Below the pieces are notes generated by a model. That model ran no database searches, was not told the origin of the DNA, and saw only the letters and a program-made list of their open reading frames with translations. A stretch of DNA of 64,000 bases from a virus (Duplodnaviria > Caudoviricetes): positions 32,001 to 96,000 of IMG/VR virus record IMGVR_UViG_3300031992_000042; one strand, given 5' to 3'. Made by a program: the position numbers and the translations under genes. Each line of letters starts with the position of its first letter. The stretch's first letter is position 1. Below are positions 13,501 through 20,228 of this stretch, in pieces.

Positions 13501-15589
13501 TTGCGATATCGCCAGATACATAATTACCATTTTCGTCTTTAAGAACACCTTGGTTCTTAATAACATCCATCGGTATATATCCTTGATAATCTGCGATATT
13601 AAATAATTCGCCGTTCGGACCAGGAGCCATTAAACGACCTTGTTCGTCAAGTAAACCAGTTTTCTTGCCAAACGCTCTTAAGTCGTTCCCTTCAAAAACA
13701 AACGCAGAACCTTTAAGACCGACTCCGCCTCTGAATTGACCAGAATGTGGCATAACTGAACTTGCAAAGAAAGCACCGCCGTCTCCGGGGGACACTCCGC
13801 CAAGTTGATCTTTTAACCGACTTGTATCAACTACAGCAAAACGTTTACCGTCTATATTTATCCCAAGGTCTGATGTATTCGTCCATGCTTTGTTAAGCAT
13901 TTCAAGATGCTTACCATACTTCTGTGCAGTAATACCATCTTTACCGCCAACGCCGTTTTGAATTAAACGATCTATTTCTGCGTCGTCGAAACCGCGCCAA
14001 TATGTACCACGAATACCACGAACAGCTTCATCAGGATGGTTTCTAATCCATTCCGCTTCTTGCTCGTTAACTCTATTAAAAGCATTTTGCTCAATCATAC
14101 GAACAATAGTGTCCTGACCTGTGCCATGAATACTCTGTGCGATAAACTTGGCATTGCCTAATTGAGCGCCATTTGGATTAAAAAGGTTTTCTAAAAACTT
14201 TTGATGTTCTGGATTTTTCGCATCATATCCAGCTAATGATACAATACGAATTGTATCGCTCACGTCTTGGTTGTTTTTCCATTTACCGCCACCCAAAAGT
14301 CTTGTATTATGACTTTCAGAGATCATAACACTCCTAGGATCGCCTAATGCAACTTTATCGCCTGTAAATGGAGAATATTTAGATACTACAAGCTGATCTT
14401 GAATACGTTTGCCTTCTCCTTGAAGTTTACTCCACGTGTTAGGATTGGCAGAATTTGTCCATGCACGAGTATCTTCCATACCTTCAATGTCTTGCATGGC
14501 AAGCATTGCTCTGCCTGACGTAGAGGATGTTAAACGTTGCATTAACGTTCTTTTATCTGATCCTGTTGCTTTATATGCATCAATAGCATTGCCCTTATAA
14601 CCAGAAACTCTAACTAAAAGATCATCATATAAAGCTTTTCTAAATCCTTCCCATTCAGATCTTGAAATTTCGTCTTTAGTTTCAAGTACGCCACGTTCAT
14701 CTCTTCTGCTAATACCAGAGGCTATTGCAGCTTTTACTGCAACAGAATTGTTTTTTAGAATATTATCAAGCTGTTTTCTATAAGCAGTGTCGAGCACCAT
14801 CGACTGATATGACTTATCAAACGTCTGAAAGTCCCGGCCCTGAGATCTGAAAGTTGCCTTGAAAGACTCGGGAAATAAGTCTTCTGGTTTACCTGTATAT
14901 AACCCAGCACTTACATTTTGTCTAACATGACCGTATCTTGCCTTCTGGTAAATTTTATTCATGTTAGCTGGAGTAATAGACGGAATAAGATACTCAATCA
15001 TCCTATCAAGGTTGAATTCAGCATCTGTATTAGATAAGCCATGTTTGTTTAATAAACCTCTTATTGCAGGGTCCATTTTTGTTGGGTTAGTTCCGCCTGT
15101 TAATTCTTTTGCAATTTGTCCTACGTCTTTTGAGAGAATTGAACTGCCTGCTTTACTTAAGCTACTTATTCTACTCCGAACGATAGAAGTTAATTGTGGA
15201 GCAATAGTATCAAACTGATGTTGCACAGCAGATGGAAGATCTCCAAACCATTGTTTTGCTATTTGCGCACTATAAGATGTTGTACCAAGCTGAACATCTC
15301 TTAAAGCATTAAGCTCTAAAATATTATTATTTGCACCACGCTCAAGCGCAACACGCTCAGCATCGGAAGAATATGTTTTATTTTGAAGCTTCTCTAATTT
15401 GTCATTTAATGCGTCAACAACAGTAACTGAACGTTCAAATGAATTATCAAGAATTTTACTAACATTTGGCATTTCCGAAATACTTGTTTTTAATCCATCA
15501 ATGCCTTGTTTAATGGTACTAATTTGTTGTTTCGCATCTCCAAAGTCCATGTTAGCAGATATATTAAGTTTAATTTCATTCCACGGCAT
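1541..15589 (-). CDS. Giant tape measure protein (4682 aa) with a putative N-terminal two-barrel RNA polymerase domain
   Basis: TP901-type TMP core (FDASMNTIQMIT...QSAATLYRQG...GGNVAGRTLNTIFGR), long coiled coils, C-terminal HANGG...WVDG..RPE motif; N-terminal DG-x15-R-x-KG, VRSP and DYDAD motifs. Confidence 0.85.
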   Translation of the reverse strand: MPWNEIKLNISANMDFGDAKQQISTIKQGIDGLKTSISEMPNVSKILDNSFERSVTVVDALNDKLEKLQNKTYSSDAERVALERGANNNILELNALRDVQLGTTSYSAQIAKQWFGDLPSAVQHQFDTIAPQLTSIVRSRISSLSKAGSSILSKDVGQIAKELTGGTNPTKMDPAIRGLLNKHGLSNTDAEFNLDRMIEYLIPSITPANMNKIYQKARYGHVRQNVSAGLYTGKPEDLFPESFKATFRSQGRDFQTFDKSYQSMVLDTAYRKQLDNILKNNSVAVKAAIASGISRRDERGVLETKDEISRSEWEGFRKALYDDLLVRVSGYKGNAIDAYKATGSDKRTLMQRLTSSTSGRAMLAMQDIEGMEDTRAWTNSANPNTWSKLQGEGKRIQDQLVVSKYSPFTGDKVALGDPRSVMISESHNTRLLGGGKWKNNQDVSDTIRIVSLAGYDAKNPEHQKFLENLFNPNGAQLGNAKFIAQSIHGTGQDTIVRMIEQNAFNRVNEQEAEWIRNHPDEAVRGIRGTYWRGFDDAEIDRLIQNGVGGKDGITAQKYGKHLEMLNKAWTNTSDLGINIDGKRFAVVDTSRLKDQLGGVSPGDGGAFFASSVMPHSGQFRGGVGLKGSAFVFEGNDLRAFGKKTGLLDEQGRLMAPGPNGELFNIADYQGYIPMDVIKNQGVLKDENGNYVSGDIASRRFTALLQRHPMSYHADYDLDQVASDNLGTQMSSFMMFSPELRQHQIEMAMRRMQELDTEEGQLKYVFGNKEDYLSRKVNPLFGGNSQLLASTEARSRIDNMRASLYNDLIAGKYINFDNDDKIANLRAAASPLATILLAKDGTVPDASIAKARSYLDKEANARLSDQDIRDMIILPQGKVLDFNRKDQANVAVVRSPTGYGNMYYAQNLAADAEPIYKGFGISTSTGMYVSEKDRRILQGMDYDADQVKAIYDKELADAVQASLKRMGAYKDSDVKGEDIVYTPEQLKSWSVQNRLQAERNLYATMPMGTGSSGIRIMQVDYSRPENQALVYAAQRMAGIYDIGSTPKKAQTYTLEKDDPVWAALGLGKEYTKFSEKRTDLFKFDEDMIVSPDRKNAVKTREGTYIDASHPDIYKASNGEYINLRALRDMGIDEINLPSRYMSNHMMAIAQANQLYRTGNVDPTQMDAIYEAMDKQLGYGDAGPERIKLMQTMRMLHHQFGTGERAYITNDEGQYIQGLINAAAAELTLAADDYRDPTTGKFMLGDKAYDTKEQWAKAQEARYGIRTARNAIDQFGMLESDLVRTYGDDFRTNFVNATDAVGQTLVSKVVELRKQAEAFKEPEQPKEPAKPETAIVANNNIIRDEKGNIVYEDKNTGNLVYVENPKASGSASMPIQGGTSTNQSESADAIWGPQTPKKAEQTEQREKVLADLSKYEHALEVGNRFNQILSDTRTYGDELWREQRGKENKLNDEKTLAERQYNYLQYRTFENLQPLNALEEELASDAAFTGTKDLEDQRSAWMSQIAQARDKVTENMHKSFTNGIMLDAKQLEDDITKELNGFGLSKQKETLNKYDERISKQQNGITWMQNRLDKGLVDSAYQKQYEDAIKVANQRIANAQDARASLAAEYTTQNETAGRLALESLQIKQGLKSKNSLSVISAARKQEINTLRKQVGNQYNEGQYSKNEYDRINEGLDQLERRANPAMIALGQGAKILKTEFKSTFGYMSNMFTRRLFQSAISETTNFVKQFDASMNTIQMITLKTDEQISTLGDTLIDKAKEMKVSVAEITQSAATLYRQGLSDQEVDERLGVISKFSKVSGTKVDAATKLITVAMNTGLVSQAEQAADIVTALGDNAATNAAEIEKGIEKAGAAAAADGTTFAQLSAMLTAITSTTQIGGNVAGRTLNTIFGRMNKIGTNELIYDENGNAVSGSAVAKLLEEEGIRMYDEYGNKRSSFDTLFALSQKWESLSDAKQQQFANAIAGTRQYSNFAAIMSGMSEGKVGEYLQLAGESEGITDRKYEIYTKSLNASLTDLRNTWDGLVHDMTDSGALTGGLGFLTNFIEGIDKANNSLGGLGVTLAGILPSLMIMGGLKSGSLVGAGVAAAGLGIAAIVSAIGNQKSSEEQYQEIIDNINNRYNSRNEEVEKARTLFNKGDNRSEEEEKEYDRLLRNLSITVESGDLDTVNKQTNEQRRQNAENIIQQASDKNDLSRVREMIRNRNKTNKLIEDEINKAVREDEENEANLGSQALQTLFAGEYNTETMNALLREGKGAPTYVQGQLLNLYNEISSSDAFEKIKRDYNVSDENLKNAFINSWNNGGWHTDFASGSATDALYTLMQDYWSHTYTPTVKRQTVAKENYIQYLSDMALPLDENEIEALAEDLTNRYLENGGDFFSYISDALSLSQDNYTIDSIAESARNRLKEIGYNKNEKAKKFESANLDYIQNGYYYDNKTGQYLTSEQAEKQIDTYNDRITKFEKAYNDIEAEYRSSEGISEEDQKKAINKLNNKLYSAGIKFTGNFFDFMNNTTDDLVNFIEDLEAPEQSIKPDFSAYKDHFRAQAQSTYNTWESKNQLPLIATRMYEMILDNGLNDLQSLYDYVVKEDIGNWEILNQSEDFAKLALRIQRDETSGKILNGDELYQQYIDALLSTSGEYNQRNLSNVEKGDKLSKAIDKLEDGYYLSYDLQQKAIDIDYQNYQNKIKEQREKDLGYAKDTPEAIQQWNAAHPFATTRDQFIKESGWIDRLEQVMGEDEIALVSEIAGANIANKYFRGGKDNLNRFESAYMQEIISNLISGQEGLTKTQQLAHLSELQTMSDKDLRTLQKSPEILKAYGYSDIEKYITARLAGEAANQEQLNIIENFNRNLEEETTKYNFKFSEDKNASKLLQNYIAWTEGSLTERMGMINPYIQQQKSLANAQAALNAGVSTAEDRNALASILGLEDKDIKDLIKSDKGKQDLQKMLNDKTGKMIEEFAKSFSINLSDANWADQLRAKVLAEQPELYDSIDSLIGSLTNLIVDAEGHVVSAEINGQRTTQAGDYYEQGLEDYEKQTRTARAASWIQQYQDEINKIVNSEYDIYYDSTGRHSKQRSYADALNEIAKRHSLDPAIMAEYWNATRVGLNEAAPDLLELYDNAQISGGKYKYDLNRSLLSRLFGENVNDLGKFDKSKIDQIGASMLAATKDTESGTYTLWSILANNYSELQDALQAFSNNDLTSAQKALDEFFKTFDSERLDEMLKYTEVSKDFKEILVDLGKGGIETELAMVELDATLSQQYNELVALNKVKDKAGKQIKGDDRSYFLSATGLKKADLDNLTKEQVSALAAAQEKKNVQNIQNELVALVESSGAKIDYSKIIFKEDGTIDLSSATEGLEQEFKDKWSNIESILNKVVKDDYIKVNFPILFGLAGYDTGSGNIEKLVDKKELKNAKKILTDTLDKLYEIMPESDRSKVKFNTDLTIDTSNLKSDQAKVVEQWNTYCKENPLVASVAVAAAGGDTVKAQSVIASGGYKTYGEAFANLINMDKSKLQQLALANEVAVAMTGKTSYTKKSSGGGVDPLTKLLKEIEFKMKELEHERKMTQIEQATANRLNNRDAFVSSIDNEVAVIEKMRAAQTENIAKMEEQQNGLDKTSDKYMQLTEKINAAKESLANYNNEIAEAKAKRIEFVQETQEETDKSGTHKQNMLSSYAERALAQDRFSDYVQLTEQKMSEIQTQRTENDAQIEEWKNELKQWEADSDQWREVRDKIYALEEENAELDNQLVQEQLELNQQKLSQIAKILQQDTQTANHNQNIASAYGNFYQSSGYRNEYENMIREQQKSTAAIIAENMKAEASARKQMETLEEGSTSWYEAQAAVYQYSEAVAQAELSQIELNKALTQSNIDKINEDYSDQTRELSHVNELLSQQAQEYLSLKDNEAYMEAMSRYMDNLGSLTNEAKEKLDALNKTYQEGMASKTLDPETQRQLLDAINEAESEYQKFLLEQSQKQREINKVALDKLFEDQDWGASEYDHNIKLLGYQTSVYQNNGELTNVNTMIEEENNLRGNRVKVLQDEIIELEKQKELFKDDQEQEKRIVEQIKKHEEAIEQENTQIDKNNKLLEENKKKIMQVRKTLEDAVDKEIEAEKKRQREILSANVSMQDTIVNLLKKRLQDEWNLKKKDIEKEKENLAEYKSLINERFNYRKKASEQADKDEELAEYRQQLALIEADPTRTKDAKELRRKIEELEKENAWTVAEDEVAAESERIDDQMEGMDKFVQYNEELLNEILGDANNFATEMNEILSGSFEESYNKILEFMSKENEAFMKSLPDAQKQMIQGWEDTWKKANDIIDSNYQLITTVLSDKDTYMDYMRSIDRTYRLYEENGDKNSMRILEQQWGEYYDNYINSVKTGAEFDEHTHTLTDVVSKIDELEDNIFKVDIKTIDGKAPDVYGLDSSNVSTIDFSTGEGLSLADLSGLYYVAPTVTETSSASAADSGNGDNGGPGAKKYTGVGAGQKTKEYATEKEALEAINEQLAKEDVHGAVAVPIVVTSQEEADKIIGINNKVNEESRKTNQLSEFDKIDQAYNATIERANKAIEESNKVLQEFYEITGQTKGPHANGGLIDYTGLAWVDGTMQRPESFLDSTDTKLLRSMLDTFTYVKNSPYMSYIDPSMYNNNTNVGDINITINQAEINSDADVDNLAKRVGQAFTKELQRNGLNLSGYAFG

Positions 15590-15650
15590 AAATATTTCTC
15601 CTTTTCAGTTTAGTTATATATAAACAGATAAACTCTGAAATTTCCGAATT

Positions 15651-15679
15651 TTGACTTTCACTCCTTTTGTGTGTAAACT
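15651..15679 (+). promoter_or_regulatory. SigA-type promoter of an antisense moron gene
   Basis: TTGACT-17 bp-TAAACT with TGTG just upstream of the -10. Confidence 0.6.
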
Positions 15680-15702
15680 ATATACGAAAGGAGATAATAT
15701 AT

Positions 15703-15867
15703 ATGAAAAAAGAAAACAAAGATAAACAGTTCGAAGAAGACTTCGAACCTGAATGGTTAAAAAAAGCAGCCCAAACAATGCTGCAAGGACAAAAAGAATC
15801 CTACGGAGATGAGGATCAAAATGAGTTAATGTGTTTAATTAACTCAAATGATGAAGATCAATTATGA
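15703..15867 (+). CDS. Small acidic hypothetical protein (moron, opposite strand to the virion module)
   Basis: AAAGGAG RBS, own promoter and downstream terminator. Confidence 0.6.
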   Translation: MKKENKDKQFEEDFEPEWLKKAAQTMLQGQKESYGDEDQNELMCLINSNDEDQL

Positions 15868-15873
15868 AAAATA

Positions 15874-15899
15874 GGGGAGTGCCATAAAAGGCACTCCCC
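15874..15899. terminator. Terminator hairpin between convergent genes
   Basis: GGGGAGTGCC / GGCACTCCCC stem. Confidence 0.7.
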
Positions 15900-15900
15900 G

Positions 15901-16293
15901 TTAAGTTTCTTTAAATTTATTCCATTCTGCATCTTCATTTTCTTTTGTAATATGATTTTGTTTCATAAAATCCGTCACAGCTTTAATATAATCTGTTTCT
16001 TCTTCTAATATAGCTGGTTCAATCTTAGTTGTAATAATATCATAAATCCATTCAACAACTTTTCCTTTTTTAGATTCAATTACATTTCGTTTTTCAGATT
16101 CAAGCATTAAAATATTTTCAATTTCAGTCCAGCCAAAAGTATAGTCAGTAACCTGAGCTGGATCTAATTTTAACGTATACATAATATGTCGCCAATCAGG
16201 TTCAAGATACCAAAATCCATTATCCGCCTGAATGATTGTTTCTTCCTTTACTTTGTTAATAAACTCTGTATATAACATATTAACTCTCCTCAA
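15901..16293 (-). CDS. Hypothetical protein
   Basis: ORF in the operon; GAGGAG RBS suggests the start is a few codons in, at MLYTEF. Confidence 0.55.
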   Translation of the reverse strand: MRRVNMLYTEFINKVKEETIIQADNGFWYLEPDWRHIMYTLKLDPAQVTDYTFGWTEIENILMLESEKRNVIESKKGKVVEWIYDIITTKIEPAILEEETDYIKAVTDFMKQNHITKENEDAEWNKFKET

Positions 16294-16459
16294 AACTTGC
16301 TTCTAAAGTTAAAGTTTTAATTTTTTCTCCAGAAAGCAATTCTTCTTCTTTATAATCTATTTCATCGATATCGATCCTGCCAAACTTGTTGTGACGATAC
16401 ATAACAATACTGTCCTCTGGATACACTTCCAAAATTTCTTTTAATTCTTTAATTGTCAT
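16280..16459 (-). CDS. Small hypothetical protein (MTIKELKEILEVYPEDSIV...)
   Basis: 59-aa ORF below the ORF-track cutoff; shares the MT-V/I-x-E/D-L..L...P.D N-terminus with its neighbour. Confidence 0.55.
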   Translation of the reverse strand: MTIKELKEILEVYPEDSIVMYRHNKFGRIDIDEIDYKEEELLSGEKIKTLTLEASFEES

Positions 16460-16463
16460 AATA

Positions 16464-16667
16464 TCACCCCAATATCACAGCAGGACTGACGTCATAGCCG
16501 TTTTTATTATGTTTGTCCAAAAAATAAAAATTATCATCAACAGCTATATCAGTAATCTCTTTATAATCAGTAACTACAGGTAAATCCTGTGGCAGGTCAC
16601 GTAGTTCTTTTATGAGATCACGCACTGTCATTATTCTCACCTCCAAGGATGTAAAAATTTGAACCAA
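16464..16667 (-). CDS. Small hypothetical protein (likely start MTVRDLIKEL)
   Basis: GGAGG RBS before the internal ATG; N-terminus related to 16280-16459. Confidence 0.55.
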   Translation of the reverse strand: MVQIFTSLEVRIMTVRDLIKELRDLPQDLPVVTDYKEITDIAVDDNFYFLDKHNKNGYDVSPAVILG

Positions 16668-17434
16668 GATTTCTTTTCTTTTTCTTCTTCCGGGATTCCG
16701 AGAATTTTCTCAGGTTCTTCTGTTTTTACTTTTTTAATCTCTTTAGGTTCGACTTCTGTATAATTAATAATCTGACAAAGCTCTTCCGCTAATAGATGAA
16801 CTTTACGAATATTATGCTTTAAATATACTTCTTTCATTTCTTCGAATTTAAAATACTCAGGAGTCTCATCAGCAAAAGGATTTTCTAAGGCAATATCCAT
16901 TAAATGAACAGCATATTGTCTCACGTTGTCGCTATCTTTTAAATTATATGCTTCTGTCATTTTATAAAGAACATATTTAATATCGTCTGTTTCTTCTTTT
17001 TTCTTCTGCTGTTCTTCTTCAAGTTTCTTTTGTCTTTCTGCTTCTTCTTTTTGTTTTAATTCTTCTGCTTCACGTTTTTCTTCAAGTTTTCTAATTGCTT
17101 CACGTTCCTTTTCCTTTTGTTCTTCAAGCTCACGTTTCGCTTCTTCTTTGTCGAAAACATAAGGATTTTCAGGATGTGATTCGCATAACTTTCGCGCATA
17201 ATCTAACAGTTTACGATAATTAAGTTTAGCTTCTGGTCCATGATTTTTCCATCTTGTATAACTTAATTTCATCTGAAAAAATAATTCAGCATCATCGCTA
17301 TTTTCCTGAAATGGATTATTTGGATCTAAATCCATTATGCAACGAGCGCCATGCTCAAACAATCCGTTTTCTTTTGCCTGAAAACCTTCAACCATTTCTT
17401 TATATAAAGTATATAAAGAGTTATTGCGTCCCAT
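16637..17434 (-). CDS. Hypothetical protein with a duplicated helical domain and a charged linker
   Basis: AGGAGG RBS; internal repeat LY..M.E......(I/L)MD....NPF. Confidence 0.65.
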   Translation of the reverse strand: MGRNNSLYTLYKEMVEGFQAKENGLFEHGARCIMDLDPNNPFQENSDDAELFFQMKLSYTRWKNHGPEAKLNYRKLLDYARKLCESHPENPYVFDKEEAKRELEEQKEKEREAIRKLEEKREAEELKQKEEAERQKKLEEEQQKKKEETDDIKYVLYKMTEAYNLKDSDNVRQYAVHLMDIALENPFADETPEYFKFEEMKEVYLKHNIRKVHLLAEELCQIINYTEVEPKEIKKVKTEEPEKILGIPEEEKEKKSWFKFLHPWR

Positions 17435-17446
17435 ATTATTTCCTCC

Positions 17447-18348
17447 TTAAAATAGACCTTCAGCCCAATCAAGACTGCCACCACCAAGTTGTTTTTCGGC
17501 AGCTTTCTTTGCTGATGCTTTATCATCACTTTTAATAATTTTAATTTGACCCATAAGTCCCATAACACCAGTATTAGTTTTTCCACCATTTTTAATAAGC
17601 GGATTAGCTGCTTGAATAATTTTTGAAGAATCCTTTGCAAAGCTATTTCCATATAGATTAGAAATGGACTCATAATTTAACCGTTTTCCTAGTGCTTCTA
17701 ATACTGCATTAAACCATATATAAGCCATATTGTTTATTTTGTTTTCGTCTACCTCGCCCAGGTGAGCTGCTACGGCAGCTGCCGCCTCATCTAAACTTAA
17801 TGCTTCGCCTGGGCTTCCTTGTTTTTTCTTGCTGCTTCTTCTTTTTCGTCTATATGATTAAGACGCCCAAAGATTTTACAAATACGGTCAATTGTCTCTG
17901 CATCTAAGTTGTCATAGTTATCTCTGACTAAAGTAGAATTATCAAATGCAGCAACAAGAAAATCATATAATAATTGGTCTGCATCGCGGCGTTCATCTAA
18001 AACGCCTTTTCCATAGGTTAAGAACTCATGTAAAGGTATGGCTTTGATAATTCCGTAAGCAGACGCAGCTTTATTTCGAAAGTATTTAAGCTTGGTAGGT
18101 TTAAGTTCTATTTTTTGATCTCCTACCATTACGCAGTTTTCTTCTAATAAATCGGATGGTTTTTCCTCTTTTTCCGGAGAAACTTTAGGTATAGTTTCAA
18201 CTCTTACAGATTCTTGCGGAATAGTATTAATTGTAGGAGTTTGACTCGGTTGTTCTTTATTCAATTCAACCGCTGCAGGTTTTTCTTTATCAACAATATT
18301 TTCTTCTGGTAATTCTTTTAATTTGCTTATATTTGGAAATTTAGTCAT
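17447..18348 (-). CDS. Tail assembly chaperone pair: G (17797-18348) and G-T fusion by -1 frameshift
   Basis: Follows the tail tube gene; slippery A-AAA-AAC at 17827-17821; the -1 frame is open through to the 17447-17728 ORF. Confidence 0.7.
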
Positions 18349-18410
18349 TAACCCTTTCTCCCTTCAAAGACGCTTTTGCGTCTGTTTAGACATCTATTGT
18401 CTAAAAAATA

Positions 18411-18440
18411 AAAAAGGGGGGTACCATATAGGTACCCCCC
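18411..18440 (-). terminator. Intrinsic terminator after the tail tube gene
   Basis: GGGGGGTACC / GGTACCCCCC stem followed by a T run on the minus strand. Confidence 0.8.
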
Positions 18441-18477
18441 TGTTCTTAATCCTTGGTACCTTTTAAAACCTTTTAGA

Positions 18478-19636
18478 TTAAGCATTCTTGCCAACAAAGG
18501 CGATAGAATAGGTAGCTTCGTCAGGGCGCTTGGCATCCATAGCAGCCAGCGTGAAGCCGAAGGTATTCGCAGTCTTGTAGGACGCATCGAAACCCGGAGC
18601 CTGCGTAACACGAGCATTGTAAACACGAACCAGAACATAACCGATAATAGAGCTATCTGTGCAGTTTTCGCCAGAACCGTAAACCGGATATTTCATGATC
18701 GCTTCACCACGAGCGGAGCTGCGGTTGTCAATGTTTGCTTCTTGAGCTTCTACAGAATAGAAATAAGAAACAGCAACATCGTTTTCAACGTCGCCTGCAA
18801 AGAAGATAATCTTAGCGACTTCGCCAGATGTATCAACCTTGAACTTTCCTTTAACAGGTGTTTGCGCTGTTTCTTCAAGCCCAGCAATAGAAACAGAACC
18901 TGTAATTGGAATCTTTGCTAAATCAACTTCGTTCGTGCCGTCAACGGTCAGAATTTCAGTAATTGGCATCTGATAATGTTCGTTCGTTTCAAAGTTGGTA
19001 GCATTCGCCATAACAAACAGGTCAGCTTCAAACTTACCTGAAGTAATGGACATCTCAACATTTTGTTCAACTGAGGGCGCTAACCTCAGCCCGCTTATTA
19101 AGCTGCTGCACATTGCTGTGCAGTTCAGACTATCTCTTCACCCTATTAAATAGGGGCTCTTCTTTTCGACCCGCTTGGGCCTACACCTTTCGGTTAGTCG
19201 TTACACATTCAAACAGAAATCCAATGGAGATTATTGGTTTTATTAAGTTTTCCTCTGATACATTTTATAATCGCACTTGCATCTGCCCCGGTTTGACGTT
19301 GAGCTTCTGCTGCAGATTCATATTCAACACCAGTTTCAATAAATAATCATATAACCACCTATTTCTGTTCTTAGCACGGGATTGTCCCAATGGGAGTTTC
19401 CCCGTTTAGAAGAGTAATTTATAGTCCGCCCAAGAGATTGTTTAGGTGGACTGACCGGGTAAATAAGCCACAGGATACAGAGACCAACCAGCGTTAATTT
19501 CTGTATAGTTAACCTGAGGCGTTACGGTCGCATTAGTGAGTTCATCGAAATAGAACACGCGACCATCGCAGCGTTTAAACCACAGCCGCGGCACGTCGGC
19601 AACGTATCCGTTAAACTCTTTAACATAAGTAGCCAT
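18478..19636 (-). CDS. Major tail (tube) protein, 257 aa, spliced: exon 1 19636-19444, exon 2 19058-18478
   Basis: Two ORF halves join in frame after intron removal (...PGQST-F-EMSITS...); highly expressed codon usage; position before the chaperones and TMP. Confidence 0.75.
19059..19443 (-). mobile_element. Group I intron in the tail tube gene, containing a homing endonuclease remnant
   Basis: Minus strand P AAACGGGGAAACTC, Q AATCCCGTGCTAAG, R TGTAACGACTA, S AAGAGATAGTCT; exon ends in U paired with G of the IGS (GTCCACCT / GGGCGGAC); intron ends in G. Confidence 0.85.
19209..19350 (-). pseudogene. Deleted homing endonuclease remnant (MIIY* start fused out of frame to a NUMOD1/IENR1-like tail)
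   Basis: AGGTGG RBS, ATG ATT ATT TAT TGA, overlapping frame IETGVEYESAAEAQRQTGADASAIIKCIRGK...HW. Confidence 0.65.
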
Positions 19637-19763
19637 AACACATGACCTCGCTTTTGTATATTTATAACAACAACCAATTCTCTCCCACAAGTTTCAGTTG
19701 CGGTTATACGATGAGGTCCTTCATATAACCTTTGATGCCAGTATTAGCCCTGACTCAAGGCTC

Positions 19764-20228
19764 TCAATAAACCTTCATGTAATAGAAAGCAATTGATTTT
19801 CGAATATACCCGACAGTACGGGTTCCAAGATCCCAGTCTCCGGCTATCCAAAACCGATAACCAGTATCTGCAATATAACGCTGACTTGTTAAATCGTGAT
19901 AGATTTTTTCTGCAATAAGATCTGCTCTACTTATTAATCTATCGTCTCCAACGTTATGCATCTCTTCTTGTTTAACATAAATATCGAATGTCATCATATT
20001 TCTACGAACATTAGGAACATTTGTGTCACTTCCCTGTTCATCTGAATATATGATCCTACATACTTCATCGGTTAATAATTCATTTGTAAAACCAGCGCGA
20101 ATAAAGTATCTTTCACAAAATTGAAGAATACCAGTTTTAGGCGGTATTTTCATAAGACGTTTAAGTTCGTAGTCGCGCCAGATTACGTCACGAATAATTT
20201 TATTCCAAGCATTAACCCAGCCTAACAT
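19764..20228 (-). CDS. Putative tail terminator / tail completion protein
   Basis: Synteny (immediately before the tail tube gene), size, FDIYV motif. Confidence 0.5.
   Translation of the reverse strand: MLGWVNAWNKIIRDVIWRDYELKRLMKIPPKTGILQFCERYFIRAGFTNELLTDEVCRIIYSDEQGSDTNVPNVRRNMMTFDIYVKQEEMHNVGDDRLISRADLIAEKIYHDLTSQRYIADTGYRFWIAGDWDLGTRTVGYIRKSIAFYYMKVY

Noticed and set aside
18478-19690. Two separate genes or a frameshifted pseudogene at the tail tube locus
   Set aside because: Explained by a group I intron with in-frame exon joining
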